Shown in pieces: positions 37,962 to 46,890 of a stretch of DNA of 64,000 nt. The stretch spans positions 1,408,001 through 1,472,000 of the forward strand of contig CBDESU010000002.1 of the NCBI GenBank assembly GCA_965242695.1, written 5' to 3'. Each line of letters starts with the position of its first letter. Positions within the stretch are counted from its first letter, which is position 1. The notes beneath the pieces were generated by a model, which saw nothing but the letters and a program-made list of their open reading frames with translations, ran no database searches and had not been told where the DNA came from. The stretch comes from Cenarchaeum sp. GTDB lineage: Archaea; Thermoproteota; Nitrososphaeria; Nitrososphaerales; Nitrosopumilaceae. A program made the position numbers and the translations under genes.

Positions 37962-38294
37962 CGGGCGCTGGCCGTCGCATGGCGGGCGCCGTGGGGCCGT
38001 CCCCGACGGCTGCGGCCCGCGGCCGCGCCGCAGGCGGGCCCTGCGGTGCCCGCAGGCCTTGCCGCGCGGCCCTATCCGACGTATGGTGATCCGGAGATCA
38101 CCGGCGCTTGTGCCGTATGTGATCCTGCGCGATCCCGCCCCGACCCGGCAGCCGTTGCTGCTGGCCGGCCGCTCTCCTGGGCACGGGTTTTCGCAAAGTT
38201 CCTCCACGCGGCTTGCGGGGCGCCTGCGCATTTCAAGGCCCGCCCGCTTTGTCCCCCTGGCGGCCCGCTTTGTGTAGAATGCCTGGCATTTCAC
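37917..38294 (-). CDS. RelE/ParE-family toxin, probably degenerate
   Basis: AFYTKRA...VEELCENP...CRVGAGSRRITY...IRRIGPR pattern; GTGA overlap with the upstream gene; C-terminus runs on. Confidence 0.5.
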   Translation of the reverse strand: MKCQAFYTKRAARGTKRAGLEMRRRPASRVEELCENPCPGERPASSNGCRVGAGSRRITYGTSAGDLRITIRRIGPRGKACGHRRARLRRGRGPQPSGTAPRRPPCDGQRPSDQNPVDLSVWIVL

Positions 38295-38890
38295 AGGCCC
38301 AGCTCTTTCAGCATCTGCTCGTGCGTATAGTATTCCCCCCTTGCCAGGCAGCGCATATCCTCGTCGATCTCCCTTGCATCCTCGGCCGTGTACGTCCCCG
38401 GTTCGTCCGCGTTGACCAGCCGCGCAATGTACTCGCCCGTCGTCTCCGTTGGACTCTTCCCCTTTTCGATTGACTCGAACCTGGTGCCTGCGAGGATCGA
38501 CTTGCCCGTCTTGTCTCTGCCGCGCCTCCCCCGGCCGGCGCGGCCGGATCCATCGGCCTTGGATGCCCAGAGTACCGCGCCTTCTTCGATGGCAACCTTG
38601 GCGGAACGCACCAGATGGTCCAAGATGCGGTCAAGATCCGCTGCGGTCACGCGGCCGGGCAGCACCCTCAGCAGGCGATCCCTGCTCTCGTACCGGCGGT
38701 TTGCCGATACGACGCGCTCGACCCTCTCGACCATGTCGGGGTCGGGCGCGGCCCGCGGCGGAGCGGGGCCCAGCGCGGCGCTCGGCGCGGCGCCGGGTGC
38801 GCCGCCGCCTGCGGCCGGGTCCACGGCGGGCGGCCCTGCATGGACTGCCTTTTTGCCCGCGCTCACGGCCTTTCCGCCCGGCCCGCACAT
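38291..38890 (-). CDS. Putative antitoxin with wHTH-like domain and C-terminal antitoxin-like tail
   Basis: Helical segment with wing-like end (DLDRILDHLVRSAKVAIEEGAVLW); tail EIDEDMRCLARGEYYTHEQMLKELGL; coupled to a RelE-like gene. Confidence 0.6.
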   Translation of the reverse strand: MCGPGGKAVSAGKKAVHAGPPAVDPAAGGGAPGAAPSAALGPAPPRAAPDPDMVERVERVVSANRRYESRDRLLRVLPGRVTAADLDRILDHLVRSAKVAIEEGAVLWASKADGSGRAGRGRRGRDKTGKSILAGTRFESIEKGKSPTETTGEYIARLVNADEPGTYTAEDAREIDEDMRCLARGEYYTHEQMLKELGL

Positions 38891-39219
38891 ATCAGTGTGC
38901 CCTCTTGGGGGCGCGGGCGCGGCGGCGGCATGCGTGCGCTTGCGGGTGCATCAGCGTAGCCTGGCGATCGGCGGCGGCGGCGGCGGATGCACTGCAGCCG
39001 CGTCCGCGCGTCCGCGCGGCCTCGCATGCACCTCCCTCTCGGCCGGCGCCGCCCGCGGGCCTTGGCTGCGCACTGCAGGGCATACTGCGGGGCCTGCAGC
39101 CGTCGCTTGCGCATGGACAGAATGCCTCCACCCCCATCGTCTAGGAGTTTTGATCTCGCGCCCGACCGTCATTTCCACTCCAACAAATGCCCAAATACTA
39201 CGGCTTGGGGGCTTCCACC

Positions 39220-39591
39220 ATGAAGCAGGCGCTGTCCTTGGCGGAGACGCGCAGGCGCAACAAGCTCCGCAGGCACCAAGAGTGGAGGAACAAGCGCCAG
39301 GACATAATGGTAGTGTTCACAGGCACCGTCTCGTCCAAAGTGAGGTCCGCGGTCAAGCGCGTGGCGGGGAGCGCGCCCAAGTTCGACGTTGTCGTGCGTG
39401 GCAGGCCCGAGCGCCGCGAGGACCTGCCTCCTGGCCACCCGCCGATAGAGGGCCTAGAGCACACGAGCCCGACCATCATAACCGTCATGATGGACGGCTC
39501 GATGTCGCAGGTCGTCGACCTGCTCAGGTCCCACATGCCCATGGGAATGGTCGTCGTTCCGATACCGAGAGAGAGGTCCAATGGCTGGTAG
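39220..39591 (+). CDS. Small cyclase-associated protein, copy 3
   Basis: 123 aa, close to copy 1; TATA box altered (CCAAATA). Confidence 0.7.
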   Translation: MKQALSLAETRRRNKLRRHQEWRNKRQDIMVVFTGTVSSKVRSAVKRVAGSAPKFDVVVRGRPERREDLPPGHPPIEGLEHTSPTIITVMMDGSMSQVVDLLRSHMPMGMVVVPIPRERSNGW

Positions 39592-40182
39592 GAGCCGCGG
39601 ATCACGCGCAGGCGCCGGCGACTACAAGAGGGAGCTAGAGAGGGCACGCGCCGGGCCCGGCGGGACGACCTGAAGCCTAGCGTGGGAGCGATCGCGTTTT
39701 TCGACCTTCCTGGATCCACAAGGGTGATGAAGAAGGACCCGCACGTGGCGGTGCCGCGCATGATCCTCCACAACTCCCTGTGCGCCGCGATCATACGGCT
39801 AAACAAGGGCATAATCGTCAAGGAGCTCGGCGACGGGCTCATGGTGAGGTTCGACAATGCTGGGGACGCCGTTGTCTGCGCCGTCAGGGCGATCAGGAAC
39901 CTCCGGGAGCACGGCAATGGCGTGTGCACAAAGGCGACCGTCGCGTTCGGGACGCTCTGGGACGTCAGGAACGCGTCGGGCGAGCCCGACGTGTACGGGA
40001 CGCCCGTCCACGTGAGCTCGCGGATGGAGAGGCATGCGGTCGAGAATGCCATAGTAATAGACGAAAAGGACAGGGAGTCGATCGTCGAGTGGTTCGACAA
40101 AGCCGCCTTTGACGTGCGGCCGCTGCGAAAAAAGCTAGAGGACTATCCCGACCGAAGGCTCTACATGCTGTCGGTCCGGTAG
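39581..40182 (+). pseudogene. Class III nucleotidyl cyclase, copy 3, with 1-bp frameshift near 39646; catalytic domain intact from GTG 39682
   Basis: ATG 39581 aligns with the copy 2 start; a single-base deletion gives TGA. ORF 39682..40182 retains all motifs. Confidence 0.75.
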
Positions 40183-40546
40183 CGGGCGGCGCGCCGGCGC
40201 GGCGGCCCTCTCGCGGCGCAGGCTGGCCTGGGACGGGGTGCATGGGCGCGGCAGGGGGCGATTCGGGCCGGCGGCGGGGGAGGAGCAGGCGCCACGGCGC
40301 ACGCCGGCGGCCCGCTCCGCACGGCGCCTGCCACGGGCCCCGTCGACAGGTTCTTCGAGCGGTTCAACAACGGGCGTCACAACGTGGCCCCTGGCACGTC
40401 CATGCGCGAGGCGCCGGCGCAGGCGTACGGGCGCAAGATGCCCAAGCACGGCGATGGCGTCCAGATGCCCAGAGGCGTCGGGTGCCCGCGCCTGACGGCC
40501 GAGGGCCGTTACCCTTTGTACACGACATGCAAAGAACGGCGCGCGA

Positions 40547-41812
40547 ATGATTATATACGCCGCCGCGGCGCCGACGCCGTGCGCTAGATCCAAGGGCGGC
40601 AATACGATGGCATCCCTGGCAGTCCCGATTGCATCGAGTCGTGAATCTTCCGCGCCAGCTGGAGGGGATGGCGGCGGCGGCGGCGCCGCCAACATGGCCG
40701 CCCTGACCATATACGGCATACTGCAGCACCAGTACGGGCGGCACGACACCGCCCTTGAGGTGTGCGACGCAGTGGTGCGGGCGTACCCCGGATACCCGCC
40801 GGCGCATGCGGGACGGGCCCGGGCGCTGGCCGGACTGGGGCGGCCCGACGAGGCGCTCCACGCATTCTGCGATGCCATCGCATGCGATCCCGAGTGCGCG
40901 CCGGCGCATGCGGACTATGCGCTGGCGGCGACGCGGCTGGGATGCTACGAGGATGCCATCGCCGCGTACGGAGAGGCGATCCGGCTGGCGCCGGACAGCG
41001 CGGACGTCCGCGCGGGGCACGCATTTGCGCTGGCGGGCGCAGGGCGCCTCGAGGACGCGCTGGCGGCATGCGAAGAGGCGGCCCGAATGGGCCCGGGATC
41101 GGCCCTGGCGCATGCCGCGCGCGGGAGGGTCATGGCCGGCATGGGGCGCCACTCCGATGCGCTCTCTGCCTTTGACCGCGCAGCCGGGCTGGATGCGAAA
41201 TCGGCGTCGGCGCACGCGGGGCGCGGGCTGGCCCTCGAGTCCCTTGGCCGCCACTCCGATGCGCTCTTGGCGTACGGCCGGGCCGTCCGCCTCGACCCCG
41301 GCTCGGCGTCGGCGCACGCGGGGCGCGGGCTGGCCCTCGAGTCCCTTGGCCGCCACTCCGATGCGCTCTTGGCATATGAGCGGGCGATCGGCATCGACAG
41401 GTACCACAGGCTGGCCAGGGATGGCAGGAATCGAACGGGGCGGCGCTGCGCCCCGGGCGGGCCGGGCGAGGCCGCCCGGCCGGGATCGGCAGGGGAGGAC
41501 GGCCATGCCAGCGATCGCGATGCTGCCTCCGCGCCGGGGCCGCGCCGTGCATGCGTTGCGGACATTGGCCGCGCAATGGATCCCGACCACGCACCCGCGC
41601 GAGGGTACATAGAGTACTGCATGTCGCACGCGCCGCGCGCCGGCGAGAGCGCCGCCGGACTGCGCCCGGCTCCCCTGACGGACGAGGAGGCGGCCTGCAT
41701 AAGCGAGTCCGCGTCCGGCGGCGGGGTGGTCGTGATGGAGGGATCAGAGTTCGTCGATACGATCAGAGGGTGGGCGGGGGCCGCAAAGGGCGCGAGATGC
41801 GGCGGGGCATGA
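40547..41812 (+). CDS. TPR-repeat protein with C-terminal antitoxin-like tail
   Basis: About 7 34-aa repeats (AHAGRG.AL..LGR..DAL.AY..A..LDP), including a 102-bp-period DNA duplication at ~41203/41305. Tail PLTDEEAACISES. ATGA overlap with RelE gene. Start may be 40607. Confidence 0.85.
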   Translation: MIIYAAAAPTPCARSKGGNTMASLAVPIASSRESSAPAGGDGGGGGAANMAALTIYGILQHQYGRHDTALEVCDAVVRAYPGYPPAHAGRARALAGLGRPDEALHAFCDAIACDPECAPAHADYALAATRLGCYEDAIAAYGEAIRLAPDSADVRAGHAFALAGAGRLEDALAACEEAARMGPGSALAHAARGRVMAGMGRHSDALSAFDRAAGLDAKSASAHAGRGLALESLGRHSDALLAYGRAVRLDPGSASAHAGRGLALESLGRHSDALLAYERAIGIDRYHRLARDGRNRTGRRCAPGGPGEAARPGSAGEDGHASDRDAASAPGPRRACVADIGRAMDPDHAPARGYIEYCMSHAPRAGESAAGLRPAPLTDEEAACISESASGGGVVVMEGSEFVDTIRGWAGAAKGARCGGA

Positions 41813-42123
41813 AGGGGCGCGGGGGCCCGAGGGCCGGAGGCGAGAGGTGGAAGGCGGCATACGACCCGCGGTTCAAGCGCCAGTACGCCAAGCTGGATGG
41901 AAAAATGGCCGAACGCGCGGGCAGGGTGATAGAGGATCTGCTCGCATCAGACAATGTCAGGGATGCCAGGGACTACAAGGGAAGGATAGACGTCGACGGC
42001 GCGCCGGCCCATGCCTACGCATGCAGGGTCGGCAGATCGTACAGGATCCTGTACTGCGTCGTCGGCGACTGCATACGCTTTCTACAGATCGGAGATCACA
42101 AGGAGGTGTACGGCCGGGGATGA
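41809..42123 (+). CDS. RelE/ParE-superfamily toxin
   Basis: YDPRFKRQYAKL...YACRVGRSYRILYCV...FLQIGDHKEVY; 104 aa. Confidence 0.8.
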   Translation: MKGRGGPRAGGERWKAAYDPRFKRQYAKLDGKMAERAGRVIEDLLASDNVRDARDYKGRIDVDGAPAHAYACRVGRSYRILYCVVGDCIRFLQIGDHKEVYGRG

Positions 42124-42284
42124 CCCGGGCGCCGCCTGGCCGGGCATGCGGGCCCGGGCGGGACGGGTCGCACGGGCGCGGCCGATGCGGGCGGCGGGAC
42201 AGGGCCCAGCCAGCCGGCCGGCAAGGGGCCGATCCTGCCTCCTCCGCCAGGTCCCCGCCCCTGCCCGTTCCGGGCCGCCTCCCC

Positions 42285-43304
42285 CTATCTCCCCCGCCCC
42301 CGCTGCCGCCTGTCCACGATGTCGCCGACGCCGGGGCCTGTCCCGAGCAGCGTCGCCGGCACGCCGAGCTCGTCCTCGGCCCTCTCGACGAACGCCCTCG
42401 CCTCGGCCGTCAAGGCCCCGTACGACGAGGCGCCGGCGCACCCCGGAAACCTCACGTCCATCTTTGTAATGGCCATCTGCGATGCGCCGTTGAGCATGAC
42501 CGCCCTCTTTGCGAGCGCATAGTCGAACTCGGCAGCGCGCCTCGGCCTGCCCGTCACCGTGCCAAACTCGGACCATCCCCTCCTTTCCGCCTCTTCCGCG
42601 GAAATCTCGCCCTCTAGCCGGCCGGCGCCGACCCTCGTAACGTACGCCTTGAACGCGACTATCACGTCGCCTACGCGGCGCGGCCCGATGCCGACGTCGG
42701 CGCATATGCCCGACGCGGTCACGTCCTTTGACGTGACGTACGGGTACGTCCCGTGCCACAGCGACAGGAACGTGCCCTGCGTGCCCTCGACGAGAACGCT
42801 CCTTTTCCCGTCGAGTGCCGCGTTGACCTCGGCCGGCACGTCGGCGACCATCCCTGCGAGCTCTTCCGCATCGGCTGCCGTGCGCAGCGCGCGCATGGCC
42901 CTGTCCGCGTTGGCTGGGCCCGTCCCAGACCCCGTGCTGCCTATCTCGTCCCTCAGGCGGCCGGCCGAGTCGGCCTCTACGTGAGCGTCGTCGATGATGC
43001 CGCACCGCGCATCGACGAACGCGCGGCCGGCGGCGCCGAACCTCTCTGCCTCGTCGAGCAGTATGGACGGGCGCACGAGGACGCCGGGGCCGATCATCAG
43101 GCGCGAGGATGCGTTGAGGAACCCGGTCGGCAGCATCCTCACCTTGTAGACGCGGCCCGCATCGTCGCGTATGGTGTGGCCGGCGTTCGGGCCGGCGCCG
43201 CCCCGCACGACGATCGCAGGATCGTCGGCCGCGGCCAGGTGCGACACGATCTTGCCCTTTCCCTCGTCGCCAAAGAACCCGCCGACGACCACGGTGCACG
43301 ACAC
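42285..43304 (-). CDS. purA: Adenylosuccinate synthetase (short archaeal form)
   Basis: GGFFGDEGKGK, GPNAGHT, EGTQG, GTYPYVTS, EFGTVTGRPRR; 339 aa. Confidence 0.97.
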   Translation of the reverse strand: MSCTVVVGGFFGDEGKGKIVSHLAAADDPAIVVRGGAGPNAGHTIRDDAGRVYKVRMLPTGFLNASSRLMIGPGVLVRPSILLDEAERFGAAGRAFVDARCGIIDDAHVEADSAGRLRDEIGSTGSGTGPANADRAMRALRTAADAEELAGMVADVPAEVNAALDGKRSVLVEGTQGTFLSLWHGTYPYVTSKDVTASGICADVGIGPRRVGDVIVAFKAYVTRVGAGRLEGEISAEEAERRGWSEFGTVTGRPRRAAEFDYALAKRAVMLNGASQMAITKMDVRFPGCAGASSYGALTAEARAFVERAEDELGVPATLLGTGPGVGDIVDRRQRGRGR

Positions 43305-43725
43305 TGTTGCCGGGGCGGCGGATGCCCTTGAATAAAGCTAGGGGGGATGGAGCCCGGGACGCGCTGCGCGGGCTCCGCCAGTCTCCATCCGGCCCGCCGC
43401 CGGCCTCTGCACGCGCCCCTCGATTCTGCGCGCCGCCGGGCAGAGTCGGGGGGAGGGGGAAGGCTGGCTGGCTGGCCGGCGGGCTGGCTGGCGCCCATGG
43501 TCCGGCACCGCCCTGGATGCCGCCGGCCGGTTCGCCGCCGCCGGCGATGCGCGGCTGAGGGATGGCTGGCATGCGCCCAAGAGGGGGAGCGGCGCGCCTG
43601 TTGCCGCTGTTGGTGCCTGCAGCGCTGCAGGCAGGTTGCCTAGGACTGCCTGCCGGCATGTGGGCGGGAGGGAGAGGGGGTGGGTGTGGACCAGGCGCCC
43701 TGCGATCGCGGGCCCTTCGGCACGG

Positions 43726-43732
43726 TTAAATA
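43726..43732 (+). promoter_or_regulatory. TATA box TTAAATA
   Basis: 30 nt before ATG 43756; the same promoter block is repeated at 46861. Confidence 0.7.
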
Positions 43733-43755
43733 CCCCCCGTAGGGCGCGCGCGCCG

Positions 43756-46700
43756 ATGACCCCCAGTACGGCCGCAACGTCTGTAGCCGCCCGTGTCGAA
43801 ATAAGGCGTGGGGGGGGGGGTGGCGATGCCCGCCGGCAGGCATCTAGGCCGGCGGTAGGATGCGTTGCGATCCTCGCATTGGCTGTCGCGGCGGTTGCCT
43901 CACTGGCGCCGTCTGTTTTGCTGTCGGAGAGTGCGTGGGCCCAGACTGACGAGTCGCTCGGCGACTTCGTCGAAAACGGCACGGTTGTGCGCCCCGCCGA
44001 CAACGGCAGCAGCACTGGCAACACCTACGCTTTCCCGCGTGGCCTTGCCTCCGACGACAGCGGGCGCTTGATAGTGGCGGACACTGGTACTCCGTCTCCG
44101 GGTTTTGGTCAACGAGTAGTGGTACTCGATAACTATGTGTACAGCAACATCACGCTGGGCCAGTATGCCAATTATACGGGGGCGGACGGCAAGTTTCGCC
44201 AGCCTCAAGGAGTTGACGTAAACTCGACGGGCCACATATTCGTGGCGGATAGGAACAACAACCGCATCCAGATTTTCTCTTCCGACGGCGAATACGTGGG
44301 CATGTTTAACGAGTCTAGCTCTGGAAAGCCAACTGCTAAGTTTGATGTGGGTGATGTGACCCGCAACGACCAGGGAGTCTTCACCGTATTGGCAGATGTA
44401 GCCATCAGCCATGATGAGAAGCTGATCTACGTGACCTCCGAAACTGACCATGCGGTGTACCATTTCAACGCTAGCACGTACCAATATGTGGACAAGACAG
44501 GCTCTCGCCGGGCTCTATCTGATGGGTTCAACACTGTTGGTACGGCTAACAACCTTGTGGATATTAAAGGACAATTTGATCAGCCCAGAGGCATAGACGC
44601 CGGACCGGGCGGGCTCATAGCAGTGGCCGAAGCGGGCCGCTACGTCGTCAACGTGATCGATCCGGCGAATACCACTACGAGGATTGTCCCTGAAATAACC
44701 GGCATCAACGGTTCGGCGACTACGAATCGCCAAGAGTATCCCAACAATACGGTGTTTCTCATAGGTAACACGCCTTTGCCTAATGGCACAGGTGTAGCTG
44801 GCGCCGAAGAGGGACAATTCGGGAATACAACGGTGGAATCGAGCCCGCGAGACGTCGCATTCAGCAAGGACGGCAGCCTCTTGGCGGTGGCCGACCCGGG
44901 CAACAGCCGATTCCAGGTATTCCAGCTTGATACCGCGAGCGACGGGCGCGCCACCGGTTTGCTCCACCCCGACGGCAAGCCGGCATTCGTATTCAGCAGT
45001 GCGGATGGCACACTTGCGGTGGCGTTTGACTCTGACGACCGCCTTGTCGTCACCGAAAGGAGTGATCCCACCAGCATATTGACGGTGTACGACGTGACGC
45101 TGCCGGCGGTCAAGAACGTCACGGCTACGGTGTCTCCCAGCGATCCAGACGGCACGAAGGTCCTGTTGCCCGACAGGTCGATCGTCGTGACTGTCGGGTT
45201 CAACACAGATTTGGTCAGGGTCGACACTACGGGCGGGACGCCATCCTTGGCGATCGGGCCTAGGCACAACGCGACGTATGTAGAGTCCGTGGGCGATACG
45301 ACGGGAAATCTGACGTTCACGTACAGGGTGCAGGAGGGCGACGAAGAAGACGACTTTGTCTATGATCCAAAGACCGCACTGTCCCTGAATGGAGCGACGA
45401 TCACGGCAGGGATGAGAAACGTGACGGTTCTGACGGGCCTACCAAACCCCGACAACGCGGACAACCGCTCGCTCACGGAGGATCACGGCATTACGGTCGA
45501 CGCGGAGGGGCCTGAACTGGTAAGCGTCTACTCGCCGAACGCGAGCGCGGCGTATCGGGCCGGCGATCGCATCGAGATCGTACTGAACTACTCCGAGCGG
45601 GCTTGGATAGTCGGCTCTGATGCGCCGACGCTGGCCCTCAACGTGGACGGGGCCGACGGCGCGGATCGGCTTGCAGACTATTTCGATGGCAACGGCACGA
45701 CCAAGCTTGAGTTCAACTATACGGTGCAGGAGGGCGACAACACCGCATCCGGCGGCCTGCGCTACACCGGCACGGATGCGCTCGGCCCCGACGGCGTATC
45801 CATCTTGGACAGGTACAACAACACGGCGGCCGCGCCCCTGTCGGCGCCGGAGCCGCTTGTCGACGAAATGGGCGCCGTAGTAGACGTCGTAGTGGACGCG
45901 ATGCCGCCTAGCGTGCAGTCCGTCGTGGCCGTGTCGGATAACGGCACATACCGCAATGGCACATCTGTCGACATTGCGGTCGGGTTCAGCGAGCCTGTCA
46001 ATGTCACGGGAACGGAACTTCCGACCTTGGATCTGTCCACGACCCCCGCCAGAAATGCCACGTACGTGCAGGGCACGGACGGCGATGCAAACCTGACGTT
46101 TAGGTACGCGGTACAGGAGGACGACCTTGCACTCGAGGGCCTGCGATACGCAGGCACGGATGCGCTAAGGGCGAACGGCGCGATGATCGTCGACGCGGCA
46201 GGCAACATGGCGAACCTGACCCTGCCTGTACCCAGCACACAGCTTGCCGGCATCGTAGTCAATGGCAGCGTCGCGGATATGGTCGACCCGATCGACCGCG
46301 ACACCGGCGGCCAGAACGGCACCGACACCGGCGGCCAGAACGGCACCGACACCGGCGGCCAGAACGGCACGACCACCTGCTCGATAACCTTGGGCAGGTC
46401 CATATCCGACATGGACGTCAGGCCGGGAGAGCGCTCGAGCGAGGCCTCGCAGACGGTGATGAACTCTGGCACGGCGCCGTTCATGGCGGTCATGCTAGAG
46501 GCGGAGCCGTGGTACGTCGACCTCCCCGCCAACACCACCTTGGCATCCGTGCAGGGGATGGATCCGAAGCCGGGGATGTTGCCGGCCTCGCTCACCGAGG
46601 TGCGGCTGGGCAACGGCACGGACGCCATGTATGCGGCGCTGCCCGAGAACGGCACTGCCGCCGTGGTCGGAGCCTTGGCTCCTGGCATGGCCTACGACCT

Positions 46701-46797
46701 GTCGTTCATGCTCGACCTTACCGGCCAGGCCTCTGCGCCGGGCAGTACGCTCACGCAGTTCATAGAGTACACGGCCGAGTGTAGCGACTCGCAGTGA
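43756..46797 (+). CDS. Secreted/surface NHL-repeat beta-propeller protein with three Ig-like modules, paralogue 1 (G11 tract in frame)
   Basis: F..PQGVDVNSTGHIFVADRNNNRIQIF NHL blades; signal peptide ending AWA; Ig-like modules shared with the 14860 and 25320 genes; Cys-bounded C-terminal domain. Confidence 0.9.
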   Translation: MTPSTAATSVAARVEIRRGGGGGDARRQASRPAVGCVAILALAVAAVASLAPSVLLSESAWAQTDESLGDFVENGTVVRPADNGSSTGNTYAFPRGLASDDSGRLIVADTGTPSPGFGQRVVVLDNYVYSNITLGQYANYTGADGKFRQPQGVDVNSTGHIFVADRNNNRIQIFSSDGEYVGMFNESSSGKPTAKFDVGDVTRNDQGVFTVLADVAISHDEKLIYVTSETDHAVYHFNASTYQYVDKTGSRRALSDGFNTVGTANNLVDIKGQFDQPRGIDAGPGGLIAVAEAGRYVVNVIDPANTTTRIVPEITGINGSATTNRQEYPNNTVFLIGNTPLPNGTGVAGAEEGQFGNTTVESSPRDVAFSKDGSLLAVADPGNSRFQVFQLDTASDGRATGLLHPDGKPAFVFSSADGTLAVAFDSDDRLVVTERSDPTSILTVYDVTLPAVKNVTATVSPSDPDGTKVLLPDRSIVVTVGFNTDLVRVDTTGGTPSLAIGPRHNATYVESVGDTTGNLTFTYRVQEGDEEDDFVYDPKTALSLNGATITAGMRNVTVLTGLPNPDNADNRSLTEDHGITVDAEGPELVSVYSPNASAAYRAGDRIEIVLNYSERAWIVGSDAPTLALNVDGADGADRLADYFDGNGTTKLEFNYTVQEGDNTASGGLRYTGTDALGPDGVSILDRYNNTAAAPLSAPEPLVDEMGAVVDVVVDAMPPSVQSVVAVSDNGTYRNGTSVDIAVGFSEPVNVTGTELPTLDLSTTPARNATYVQGTDGDANLTFRYAVQEDDLALEGLRYAGTDALRANGAMIVDAAGNMANLTLPVPSTQLAGIVVNGSVADMVDPIDRDTGGQNGTDTGGQNGTDTGGQNGTTTCSITLGRSISDMDVRPGERSSEASQTVMNSGTAPFMAVMLEAEPWYVDLPANTTLASVQGMDPKPGMLPASLTEVRLGNGTDAMYAALPENGTAAVVGALAPGMAYDLSFMLDLTGQASAPGSTLTQFIEYTAECSDSQ
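46300..46370 (+). repeat. 24-bp tandem repeat x3 (DTGGQNGT)
   Basis: gacaccggcggccagaacggcacc repeated. Confidence 0.9.
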
Positions 46798-46890
46798 CCG
46801 GCGCGCACCCACAGTGCCGCGTGGGAGGCGCCCGTGAAGCTAGCCTATGAATCGGCACGGTTAAATACCCCCCGTAGGGCGCGCGCGCCG

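Noticed and set aside
35926-40182. Labelling the cyclase module as Pycsar or CBASS
   Set aside because: No cNMP-binding, TM, TIR, patatin or SAVED effector is adjacent, and the enzyme is class III rather than a CD-NTase.
40242-40587. Short protein-like frame (DRFFERFNNG...CKERRANDY) upstream of the TPR gene
   Set aside because: Start is unclear and the frame appears broken; no recognisable family.
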